Positions 54,266-64,000 of a DNA stretch of 64,000 bases are shown one piece after another. The stretch spans positions 62,001-126,000 of the forward strand of contig JAANOX010000254.1 in assembly GCA_020184695.1 (NCBI GenBank), in the 5' to 3' direction. The notes under the pieces were generated by a model, which was not told the origin of the DNA, searched no databases, and saw only the letters and a list, made by a program, of their open reading frames with translations. The DNA comes from Histomonas meleagridis 2922-C6/04-290x (lineage: Eukaryota; Protista; Parabasalia). The translations under genes were made by a program, and so were the position numbers. Positions within the stretch are counted from its first letter, which is position 1. Every line of letters begins with the position of its first letter.

Positions 54266-54988
54266 TTAAATCGCCCCAGGTTCGAAATCTTCATATGGAA
54301 AGCCAAAGGAGAGATCTTGATCACTTGGAAAGCAAAAGCCTTTGTTGGATTGATCAACATTTGAACAAGAAAACTCGGTAACGATGTCTTTCATCGCAGA
54401 GCTCAAATCAACAACTATATTTGGAATCGCAAACATACTTAAATTAGTCTCTAGTTCCTTTTTGTTTTTCTTCTTCAAATTTGAGTACCATCGATTTTTA
54501 ATATTATTAGCTGAACGATGAGGGAAAAACTTTCCTATTTGGACCCATTTTTTACCCATTTCTCCAACACGTTTCATTAGTAGTTCATCTTCTTCTTGTA
54601 CCCATGGGTACTTTTTTATATTCGGTTGAAGGCATGAAACCCATCTTTCACGGCACTGTTTTCCTGTCCGACCTAAAGTGCTCGCAATCATACACCAATC
54701 TTTTTCCCCATTTTCATGAACATGATTTCTTAATTTATCATCATCTTCTTTTGTCCATGTTCCCTTTTTTATTTCTGGATTAAGAACCTTTCGCCATCTT
54801 TCTGATATTTGCCTTGCGGTTTTATTGGGTAAAAACTTCTGTTGTTTTTCATTCCAATCCTTGAAATTTTTATCTTTACCAGACATTACTTCCATAAGGA
54901 TTTCATCCTCTTGAGGTGTCCAATGCCTTGAGACATTCTTAAATGCTCTTACTCTTGATTTGCTTCTTTTCATGTGAACTGAATTCAT
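54266..54988 (-). CDS. Three-repeat Myb (R1R2R3-like) transcription factor
   Basis: WTPQEDEIL, RQISERWRKVL, WTKEDDDKL, RTGKQCRERW, WVQEEDELL, RSANNIKNRW. Confidence 0.92.
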   Translation of the reverse strand: MNSVHMKRSKSRVRAFKNVSRHWTPQEDEILMEVMSGKDKNFKDWNEKQQKFLPNKTARQISERWRKVLNPEIKKGTWTKEDDDKLRNHVHENGEKDWCMIASTLGRTGKQCRERWVSCLQPNIKKYPWVQEEDELLMKRVGEMGKKWVQIGKFFPHRSANNIKNRWYSNLKKKNKKELETNLSMFAIPNIVVDLSSAMKDIVTEFSCSNVDQSNKGFCFPSDQDLSFGFPYEDFEPGAI

Positions 54989-55854
54989 TCCTATCAAATT
55001 ATCTAATATGGCAAATCCTGTTCAATATATGTCAGTGATTTTTATCAATTCGATAAATATTTTGCAAAATTTGAACGTTTCATCATAATTTTTTTTAAAG
55101 GCAAAATTTGCCAAAATATTTATTGAACGTTTACGCTAGCCTCTTGTCGAGGGTGTGGTCTAATTCAAATATTAATATTTTCATATTCAGAATATTGATT
55201 AAAAATTTGGTCATTAGCAATTCCTTGCTGTTAAATTTATTATATTATTATGAATTCATAGGTTGAAAATGGTAACCTGATTTTTTTGTTGTTTAATAAC
55301 GATACGGTTATGTCTAAATATTGGCGTTTATTTTCTTAATACAACGATCATGACGGTTTCATATATTCAATTTTACGTATCGTAAATATAACCGTTGCAC
55401 AGGATTATTTTCTGTAGATTAACGACCTTTTGTCAAAAGAAATAATCTGACCACAGATATAAACTGCATATAAAATGGAAATATATCAAAAATAACAGAA
55501 TAATTTTTAATATGATCTTAAATAAATATTTTACTTATATTGTATTTTAATATTTTATATTTTAATAAAATTTTCATTTAATGATTGCTCGGGAAACTAA
55601 TTGAGAATATTGAATTCCGATGGAATGGTCAGATTAAGATTTTTTGGCAAAATATAAATATCTATGGAAATTACATACAGATTAATCTGTCGATTTATGG
55701 AATATTTTTTAATCACATTTTTATTATGTTGTGTAATTCATAATTATGTCAACCATCTAATGATCATTTTTTAAAGTTTTATCCTTTTTTTTAAAGTTGT
55801 TAACAACTTTTAACTTAAAAAAAAAAACTCAACAGAATATAAATTATAAAAAAA

Positions 55855-55934
55855 TGGTTGTTGTGGGGTTCGAACCCACGCCCTTGCGGACACATACCTG
55901 AAACGTGCGCCTTAGACCACTCGGCCAAACAACC
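55855..55934 (-). tRNA. tRNA-Leu: tRNA-Leu (anticodon CAG)
   Basis: Acceptor GGTTGTT/AACAACC, anticodon loop TTCAGGT, long variable arm, GGTTCGAACCC, T-run terminator. Confidence 0.95.
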
Positions 55935-56024
55935 TCGTGATATCTTTAATTTTTCATTTATCATAATTAATAATTCTAAAAATTCAATTAAGCCTTAATT
56001 CAAACCAAATCTTAATAGAATTCT

Positions 56025-58760
56025 ATGATTACGGCTGAAACTTCGGATAAAATCATTGCGTTAATTAAAGGGGAAATTAGTGACGAAATTAATCAGCCAG
56101 ATTCATATCTTCTTCAATTTCATACAATTGATTATTTGGAAACATTACTAGAAATTTTAACGACCAATGATATCCCATTTGAACTTATATATTTTGCATC
56201 AAGAGCCATATGTGATATCTGTGAAAAAAATTCGTCTGTTTTTATAGATAAATTTCATAATATTTTGCCAATTATCATTAGTATTCTTGCTAACAATTTT
56301 GCTAATATTCAAAATTATTTACCTGTTCAATTTCTTGCAAGAGCTTTTTCCGATATAATTTCAATTTATATAAATAATTCAATTTCATATCAACAATCAA
56401 TGAATTATCTATACGAAGTATTAAGTCCAACTGATCCAAGCTATTTTGGTCTAGGAATCATAGTTTTAAGGGAATGCTTGAGAAAAAATGAGGAAACAGA
56501 AGAATTCAAACGAGAACGATCAGATATATTCAATTACATAATGGGAGGGCTGCCCCAAACACAAAATTTCAATAGTCATTCAATTTTTCTAAGCCTAGAA
56601 ATTTTACAAAATTTTTGCCTTGATTTTATTAACCTTAATTGTTTCGAACTATTTTTCATTATTGGCGCATCTACCACAACTTCACCTTCTGATAAGATTG
56701 CTTATGAATTATGTTCACAAATAATTAAAAATAATTCAGGATTTAATGGATTACTTCATATTGTTACAAATCAAATTAATGCTGTTTCAAGTTTCTCAAA
56801 CATTCATGCGTTCAACTTTTTTTGTGATTTTTATCATGAATTTTATTCACAACTTCCGAATTATATTCAATTACAAATTCAATCATTAATTTCCACAGTA
56901 TTACAAAAGAATTTATTTTATTTTGTACCAAATTCAGTTATTAACATGTTAAAACTATTTAACATAAATAATGATTTATCATTTTTATATTTTAATTCTT
57001 TATTTGATGTTACTCATCTTAAAGAAATGAATGACGTTCTTAATTTAGAAACACTAGAAATCCCAAAATGTATTTCAATTCTTTCTTTTATGTTTAAATC
57101 AGATTTGTTTTCATCTTTAATAACAGAAACGAAAAACCGTTTAGAAACATATAAAAATGAATTTTATGAAGAACTTGCAAAGAAATCAGAAAGTTGTAAT
57201 TTATATGAACTTAAATTTGTAATAATCATTTTAGTTACAATTCAAATCATTAAAACACAAATTATTATTGAACCTGTTTCTCAAGGAAATGAATTTCTTC
57301 AATACTTATTCCAAATCTCAATTGAAAGTCCTCAAATTCTTAATTTCAAACATGAACTTTCTCTTTATTCATTAGATTTTTCATTTTTTATTTTCTACAA
57401 ATTTTTTATCGATTTAAACGAAGAAATTCTTATTACGAAAATTGATCAAAACATATATTCAAATTATTTAAATTTAATTCTTACTAAAATTTCATATTAT
57501 TTAGAGAATTATGATGAAAACATATTAATAATTAATAAATCAACTGAATTATTATATTTGTTATTTAGTAAATCGATTGCAAAATATACTGATATTTCTA
57601 TCATATTAAATAAAAAATATGAATTCATTCAAAATCAATTACATTTTGATTCGGCTTTAAATTATTCTAAGGCTATTGGATTAATATTATTATCAAACAA
57701 TGAATTACTTTATTTGTTTTTTAATCAATGGAATGAAACATTTAATTTGCTTAAAGAAAATTATGATTCGAATGTTCATAATTCACTTTTATTAAGTTTT
57801 TTATGCTTATTTGAAACATGTAAAAATCGTAATGAATTTATGGAAATATTTAATTTCCTTTATCCAGAAAAATTAACTATTTTAACATTTAATTTTAATG
57901 AAGATATAAATTTATTACTTTTATTATTCTTTATTTCTATTTTAAAACCAAATTATTTAAACTTTGGTCCATATTCAGATGATGGAATTAAACTTATTCA
58001 TCTTGTTATTCAATATTTGAATAAATTCTTGGTAAATTCGTTTTTTACATTCCCATTTAGTAATGTTCAATATTCATATTTTTTGTTATTTTTGGAAATC
58101 GTTTCGATTCTTTTGAGAGTCACTTTTTTCGATTTTCAAATTTTTGAAATTTTCGATGATAAAATTTATTTTGATTTTCTTACTTCATTTTTTAACTTAT
58201 TTGGTAGTTTTCCAATTGCTAAGGTGTTTGAATCACAAGAAATAAAAACATTTTTTTATGATATTTTTTATTCATTAACAAAATTACACATGAAAATTCT
58301 GTTTTTTAAATTTAAAGATTTCTTTTCACAAGTTCCACATTTAATTGAGGAATGTTTTTCTGATGGAAATACAATAAAAGTTATTCATAATTTAATTATA
58401 TTCTTTTATAGAAATCTTGGCAATGTTGAAGTTTATAAATATTATTTAGATAATTTGGAAGATATAAAGTTTAAGATATGGAAAGTTTTTGTTTTATTCA
58501 TTCAAAAACAAATTACAAACGTATCCATTGTTATGGATATTTTTTCATATTTTGCTTTAATGAATGATGAATTTGTCAATAAAATTAATTCTTTAATTGA
58601 TTTGTTTCCAATTTTGGATCAATTTAATTATAAAAAGTTATGCATTGAATTGAATGGTGCAATAAAAAATAAAAATTTTGAAAAGGCAAAAAATGAATTC
58701 ATTCAAATATGTAAATATTTTTCTAGATTTCCACATACCTGTATGAAATTAATATATTAA
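56025..58760 (+). CDS. Alpha-solenoid protein, possibly divergent exportin-7-like
   Basis: 911 aa, helical and very AT-rich; LNFGPYSDDGIKL and FFDFQIFEIFDD loosely resemble exportin-7 C-terminal motifs. Confidence 0.5.
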   Translation: MITAETSDKIIALIKGEISDEINQPDSYLLQFHTIDYLETLLEILTTNDIPFELIYFASRAICDICEKNSSVFIDKFHNILPIIISILANNFANIQNYLPVQFLARAFSDIISIYINNSISYQQSMNYLYEVLSPTDPSYFGLGIIVLRECLRKNEETEEFKRERSDIFNYIMGGLPQTQNFNSHSIFLSLEILQNFCLDFINLNCFELFFIIGASTTTSPSDKIAYELCSQIIKNNSGFNGLLHIVTNQINAVSSFSNIHAFNFFCDFYHEFYSQLPNYIQLQIQSLISTVLQKNLFYFVPNSVINMLKLFNINNDLSFLYFNSLFDVTHLKEMNDVLNLETLEIPKCISILSFMFKSDLFSSLITETKNRLETYKNEFYEELAKKSESCNLYELKFVIIILVTIQIIKTQIIIEPVSQGNEFLQYLFQISIESPQILNFKHELSLYSLDFSFFIFYKFFIDLNEEILITKIDQNIYSNYLNLILTKISYYLENYDENILIINKSTELLYLLFSKSIAKYTDISIILNKKYEFIQNQLHFDSALNYSKAIGLILLSNNELLYLFFNQWNETFNLLKENYDSNVHNSLLLSFLCLFETCKNRNEFMEIFNFLYPEKLTILTFNFNEDINLLLLLFFISILKPNYLNFGPYSDDGIKLIHLVIQYLNKFLVNSFFTFPFSNVQYSYFLLFLEIVSILLRVTFFDFQIFEIFDDKIYFDFLTSFFNLFGSFPIAKVFESQEIKTFFYDIFYSLTKLHMKILFFKFKDFFSQVPHLIEECFSDGNTIKVIHNLIIFFYRNLGNVEVYKYYLDNLEDIKFKIWKVFVLFIQKQITNVSIVMDIFSYFALMNDEFVNKINSLIDLFPILDQFNYKKLCIELNGAIKNKNFEKAKNEFIQICKYFSRFPHTCMKLIY

Positions 58761-59426
58761 TTATAATTTTTAAAAAAATTAATAAAATTGTTTTTACGTT
58801 AAAAAATTTTATATATTTTAAATTTTTTCAAATACATTCAGCTTTGTATAATACAAAAGTTAATTTTTATTCTTTAATTATATATATTTAATAAATCATG
58901 TATTAAACTCAATCACAATGTATGCGTTAGCGTTTGTGAGATTCCTTCATAGCATTAATTGGGTAATGATATCTTTCAGTGGTAAATAATTAAGTTCCGG
59001 GCTTCGTGCCATTTCTCCAAAGGTTCAGTAAATTTGTTATATTGTCCAGTATTATTTTATTAATTCCATTCTTTTTGAATCCATTTTAAAATAAGTTCAC
59101 CAATATTTGGAACATCATTATTTGCAATAATATATTTTGTTTTACAGTCATAAAAATGAAAATTTATCTCTTTCTTTCTCAAAGATATTGCAATAGTATA
59201 ATGTTTTTCTTTAATACCATAAATTATCAGTAGTTGCTTTCAAGTAATGGGAGATTTCCAGAAAGGTATGTTTATTAATCTTAATTTTTTTGAATAATTT
59301 GAAAAACGCCTCCTCTTGATTTAGAAACTAGATAGTTAGTTTATTAATAGATTATTAGATATATAACAGAAGAAGAGAATTAATTCACTGTTGCACAAGT
59401 GACCGTTTATTCCAATTTTCTTGGCA

Positions 59427-62400
59427 ATGCCTAACGACAAAACAGAAAATCATCCATTAATAATGATTCTACAATTATTTGAAAAACAAGACCTCCTGCC
59501 TCTGGATGATCCTGAAATGAAAGATATTCATCCATCAAATACTTTTCCTAAATTTCGAAAACGAGAAATAAATTCCATTGCCAGTAAAATTCAAACTTCG
59601 GAACGTACAGACACTGCCCTTCAAGATTTTATTCATAGATTTTCATTTAATCCATATTTACTTCAAAATTTCAATGAAAATGAAAAAATCATTCCCACAT
59701 TAAAGGCCCAACTTTTTGTTTATGAAAACACACTATCATTTTTAAGTCATCCAAAAGATGAAACTTTTATTGATGACATTGAAGTTGTTCTTATTGCCTT
59801 AACAAAAATAATTACCAAAAGTAACAAAAAACTTGTAGATTTTCTTTTTTTAGAGTGTGTTTCTGGCATAGTTAATTATGGCCTCTCATTTGTATCCACT
59901 AATATCATAAAATTAATATGTCAACATTTCCAAAATTATCATAAGACCGATCCTAAAATATATCCTACCTTATTAATGTTTCTAAAATATTCGTATTCCA
60001 AAGACACCAGTATTGCCCCACAAATTCTTCTTCTCATCCAAAATGTATTTGATTATACATGTGATGAAGAATTATTAGTATCATTATTTTCAGGTCGATT
60101 ATTAATGTTTGAACCGGAATTATATAAAACCATTGCTATTATTTCACATACTAAGCTTACTGCCAATTTTTTCTTTTTGTATGAATCATTTTTCTTATTA
60201 ATCAAAAACGAAATTCTTTTAATAAAGCCGAAAGAAGTTGTATTAGAAAAGCCAACGAATTTACCATTTGCAAAATTTTCGGAATCGACGTATACTAATT
60301 CTAATGTTTTCCAATATAATGAGAAAATCATTGAATATTTAATACCTGAAACAGATCTTCAAATATCGAATTTATTACATCCACAAATATTAGACTTTTT
60401 ACCTGTTTTAATATTAGGAATCGAAAATGCTAAAATCGAATACATTGATTATTTCTTAAATCGTTTTACGAAATTTTTAAGTGAACAATTTTCATTAAAT
60501 ATATTTTTAATATATTTATATTTACATTCGAAACTTCAAAACGTTTCAATCTCGAAACAAATGTTTGAAACTATTATTCGATCGATTATATTTGAACCAA
60601 CTATAACATTATTTAATTGTACATTAACAAAACCAATGAATTTACTTCGGAAATCATCGATCAATTTAATATGTAAAAATGGATCACAATTTATACAACA
60701 ATTACTTTCGGAGACATTAAAATTTCCTTTTTTGTTTTGTGAGATTTTAATGCGATTACAAAAGTCAATTCATTTAATTAATGATTTATCGATATTATAT
60801 CGAGAACAAATTTATCGAATCTTAATGATTGCTGATGGTAATATGAAAGTAATATATGAACGAATAGATAAAGAATATAAATCAATGGTAGTCTCATCAA
60901 GAACTAAAATATTTAACTTTGTATTTACATTATTACAATATCAATCATTTCCTATATCGAATTTCGAATCTCCATTTTTTACTAATTCATTTTTATCTGC
61001 ATTTTATGAACAACAATTTAAAGATGCAATGTTTTCACAAATGAAAGAGATTTTAGTGAATTCAACAATGTTTGAATCGAATCCAGCAGTCGATTTCATA
61101 TATACGACAATCAAATTAATATATGCTGATAAAGGTGACTTATTTGGTTCATTATTGTTTTGTTTAAATGATGCAATTACTATGAATCCAGAATTAGCAA
61201 CGATATCAAAAAAAGTTTTTTTAACATCAATAGAATTACAATTAAATACTAATAATGATAACACTTATTATTATGATAATATATTCTCAGGAATTTTAAG
61301 ATTAGGAATTAATATTATTATTAATGTTCCTGATTTTACTTTAGGTACAATTGGATTAATTAACTTAAATAAAATTATTAATCGTTTAGAATTAACAGAA
61401 CAACTTAAATCAAATTTAATTTGTTTTTTAGCCGCAAGATCTTCATTACAATATCCAGTTTCTTTTCTAATTCAAAGACCGGAATTTTTACTTTTAACAA
61501 TTTCTTTGTTTTCAACACATGATAAAATTGAAGAATGTATCGACTTCATTGAAGAACTTGGGAACTTTTCGATATATAATTTAATACAATTACAAAATGG
61601 TGAAGTTGATTTATTATTATTAGAAATGATTATTCATTTTCCAAACTCATTTAATTTCCATGGATTTGAATTCGATAATTTTAAAAATAAAACAGTTATT
61701 CTTAAAAAGGTTTTACCATTATTTACAATGATATCAACAACTCAAAGTTCACTTGTAGTAGCAGATAAATTAATGAAAATCATTTGTCCATATCAAAAGA
61801 ACTCAACTTTAAATGAATTTAATGAAAATGGAATTGAAAATCGATCGAATTATATATTTAATGAATTATCATCAGAAGTATTAACATATTTATTACCATT
61901 TTTTTCAAACATTGAAGAAAAACGTCGAATATTTTTCTCGTTTGCTTTAAATCAATGTTATATTGATGAAAGTATTACATTACCATTAGAAAAGTTAACA
62001 CATGATGTAACAATTTTTTTTTGGTTATATATCGATCGAACATTATCACAAAAGATTAATACTAAAGTAACTATTTTCTCTGTTAAAGATGGCTCTGATT
62101 TCTTCTTTGAGTTATATATTCAAGGTAATGCATTATTCTTAACATTAAGAAGAGAATATCAATATACAAGTTTTTTATTATGTGATGATATACCATTTGA
62201 TCAATTTTGTTTAATTACATTTAGTTATTGTTTAGAAAACGCAATAATGGCATTGTTCTTACAAGTTAATGACTTCCAACCTCATACTACACGATTTAAT
62301 ATGGAAGTATTTGATTCAAATAATGTAAAACTTTGTATTGGTAAAGAAAATGATTTAAAGTTCTCACGTGATGAATTAAAATCTTCTTATCAATTACGTT

Positions 62401-64000
62401 CTTTAGCTTTATATTTACGTTCATTTACTGAAGAAGAAATATCAAATATTTATCATAGTGATACACAATTTGAAATCCCTGGAAATATAGCTCCGATTTT
62501 ATATCTGAAAAATATATCGAATTTAACTTCATTAAAATTAAACTTGTTCGAATTAATTAAAAGTCAATATCCAATATGGAACTTTTTGCCTGTTTTTTCA
62601 TTTTTCGATTTATGTTCATTAAATTATTGCGAATTATTAATTGATTCTATAAATCATATTTTCGGACATTCATTTATTGATTATTTTGAAATTTTACCAT
62701 TTTTCTTGAAGCAAAATAATCAAAGTTATTTTAAGTATAGTTTATATACAAAGTTTTATACATTAACTGAATTGGCTCAAACAGAAGAAGAGATATATAT
62801 AGTATTTGATAACATTGTAGTAAACTTTGATTTATGGTATAAATCGCCACAATTTTTACGAATTATAAAACATTATAAAAATATAATATTCGAAAGTTAT
62901 TTATCATATGCATTAAAATCAAATTTCTTTATTAAACTTTTAAGTGCATTTGAGAAATATTTAATTGATGAAGAAGGTACACAATATTATCGTAATATAA
63001 TTCGAATTTTTATTGATATAATAGTTAATCGAATCCAAAAACAATTTACTAAAGAAGAATTTACTTCTATTTTACAATATTTATATTATTGTCAAACAGA
63101 ATCATTAATTTCGAATTTAATTCCATTGTTTCCATTCTTTATATCAATATGTCCTTTTATTGAAGATCATATATTAATTATGTTTAATTCGAAATATATC
63201 CAAAATTCGAAGTATAGTTATGATTTATTACCATGTTTTAGAAACACAACATATTTACAACAATATTTACAAATATTAATACATAATGAACAAGAGAATT
63301 ATGACTTTACGAGTTTTATAGAACAATATGATAAATATCCCGAATTAATTTCATTAAACTTAAAACATGCAATTAAAAGTGATGAAATAATACAAGATAA
63401 ATTATCAAATATATTAGTCGAATATGCTGATAATAAAGAAATATTAAAAATAATACCAAAAGATAAGTTTTGGATGTTATGGCCAATTTTATTTGCTGCT
63501 CAAACTAATGAAACTAATCAAATTAAAGTTTGTTATTATATTGTACAAATATATACTGAAAATTTAGATTTTTCTAATGATATTGATTCAACATTAAAAA
63601 TGGTTGATACGACTATGAATATCATTGATATTTTTAGGTTTTCGGAATTAAATATATTTTTCATTAAAGTATTTCTTGATCAATATTTATTACGTTTCCC
63701 TACAATTGATAATAATTTATTATTACGATGTTTTAGAGCTATTTTTATTCGGACAAAATGTACTTCTGATTCATTAAGGAATTTAATGATAAATTCTGTT
63801 TATCCGTATAAAGAAGAACCTAAAATTTCATATAATACTATTGAAGGTATTTCTACATTAATAAATGAAAGTCAAAACTTAAAACATTTGTTTATATTAC
63901 AAAGAAAAGAATTCTTAACAAATTATGGATATTTAACTTTAAGAACAATTAAAAAATCGATTTCACCAAACCCTAATTTTAATAAATTCATATCAAAATG
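59427..64000 (+). CDS. Large ORF running off the window, probably the N-terminal half of a BEACH/Beige-family protein
   Basis: ATG 59427 (MPNDKTENHPLIMILQLF). The frame reads sensibly where I checked it, including the last line, and the track lists no terminated + ORF here. A ConA-like segment (VTIFFWLYID...FELYIQGN) is typical of BEACH protein N-termini; the BEACH domain itself is not seen. Confidence 0.65.
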   Translation, partial: MPNDKTENHPLIMILQLFEKQDLLPLDDPEMKDIHPSNTFPKFRKREINSIASKIQTSERTDTALQDFIHRFSFNPYLLQNFNENEKIIPTLKAQLFVYENTLSFLSHPKDETFIDDIEVVLIALTKIITKSNKKLVDFLFLECVSGIVNYGLSFVSTNIIKLICQHFQNYHKTDPKIYPTLLMFLKYSYSKDTSIAPQILLLIQNVFDYTCDEELLVSLFSGRLLMFEPELYKTIAIISHTKLTANFFFLYESFFLLIKNEILLIKPKEVVLEKPTNLPFAKFSESTYTNSNVFQYNEKIIEYLIPETDLQISNLLHPQILDFLPVLILGIENAKIEYIDYFLNRFTKFLSEQFSLNIFLIYLYLHSKLQNVSISKQMFETIIRSIIFEPTITLFNCTLTKPMNLLRKSSINLICKNGSQFIQQLLSETLKFPFLFCEILMRLQKSIHLINDLSILYREQIYRILMIADGNMKVIYERIDKEYKSMVVSSRTKIFNFVFTLLQYQSFPISNFESPFFTNSFLSAFYEQQFKDAMFSQMKEILVNSTMFESNPAVDFIYTTIKLIYADKGDLFGSLLFCLNDAITMNPELATISKKVFLTSIELQLNTNNDNTYYYDNIFSGILRLGINIIINVPDFTLGTIGLINLNKIINRLELTEQLKSNLICFLAARSSLQYPVSFLIQRPEFLLLTISLFSTHDKIEECIDFIEELGNFSIYNLIQLQNGEVDLLLLEMIIHFPNSFNFHGFEFDNFKNKTVILKKVLPLFTMISTTQSSLVVADKLMKIICPYQKNSTLNEFNENGIENRSNYIFNELSSEVLTYLLPFFSNIEEKRRIFFSFALNQCYIDESITLPLEKLTHDVTIFFWLYIDRTLSQKINTKVTIFSVKDGSDFFFELYIQGNALFLTLRREYQYTSFLLCDDIPFDQFCLITFSYCLENAIMALFLQVNDFQPHTTRFNMEVFDSNNVKLCIGKENDLKFSRDELKSSYQLRSLALYLRSFTEEEISNIYHSDTQFEIPGNIAPILYLKNISNLTSLKLNLFELIKSQYPIWNFLPVFSFFDLCSLNYCELLIDSINHIFGHSFIDYFEILPFFLKQNNQSYFKYSLYTKFYTLTELAQTEEEIYIVFDNIVVNFDLWYKSPQFLRIIKHYKNIIFESYLSYALKSNFFIKLLSAFEKYLIDEEGTQYYRNIIRIFIDIIVNRIQKQFTKEEFTSILQYLYYCQTESLISNLIPLFPFFISICPFIEDHILIMFNSKYIQNSKYSYDLLPCFRNTTYLQQYLQILIHNEQENYDFTSFIEQYDKYPELISLNLKHAIKSDEIIQDKLSNILVEYADNKEILKIIPKDKFWMLWPILFAAQTNETNQIKVCYYIVQIYTENLDFSNDIDSTLKMVDTTMNIIDIFRFSELNIFFIKVFLDQYLLRFPTIDNNLLLRCFRAIFIRTKCTSDSLRNLMINSVYPYKEEPKISYNTIEGISTLINESQNLKHLFILQRKEFLTNYGYLTLRTIKKSISPNPNFNKFISK

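Noticed and set aside
58920-59290. Protein-like fragments on the minus strand
   Set aside because: Short, stop-interrupted and with no recognisable family.
1230-61264. Many short track ORFs antisense to or overlapping real genes, or inside the ankyrin linkers
   Set aside because: Shadow ORFs with no recognisable domains; those inside the arrays are single ankyrin bodies with linker text read in frame.
1-64000. Functional clustering of trafficking genes (Rab, VPS25, VPS11, BEACH)
   Set aside because: They are widely separated, interleaved with unrelated genes, and belong to families abundant in trichomonads.

Overview
AT-rich eukaryotic DNA from a parabasalid (trichomonad, probably Tritrichomonas-like). 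The assignment rests on gene content (DUF3447-type ankyrin genes, BspA-type LRR surface proteins, Myb proteins, a BEACH-type giant ORF, bacterial-type hydrolases) and short 5' UTRs with Inr-like motifs. The window holds about 25 protein genes (including a Rab, an SLC35-type transporter, a GH13 alpha-amylase, dephospho-CoA kinase, VPS25, VPS11, a sirtuin and an Amidase_3 peptidoglycan hydrolase), four tRNA genes and several frameshifted relics. Main observation: the ankyrin arrays at 15306-17509 (+), 3637-4945 (-) and 38958-39324 (-) look like broken pseudogenes but decode cleanly. Each 90-nt, 30-codon ankyrin body is followed by an 80-nt linker made of four 20-nt modules, each a 17-nt U/A-rich spacer usually ending in TTT plus one codon. 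Removing the spacers restores the ankyrin beta-hairpin D-x-x-G-x-T(A/P)L in all 21 full linkers, with no stop among the 84 single-codon exons. For 14151-17509 this gives an uninterrupted 824-aa protein. The spacers have no GT-AG ends and always fall on codon boundaries. This points to a non-canonical ultra-short intron or programmed ribosomal bypass system that I do not recognise from the literature. All decoding was done by hand; no expression evidence is available here.
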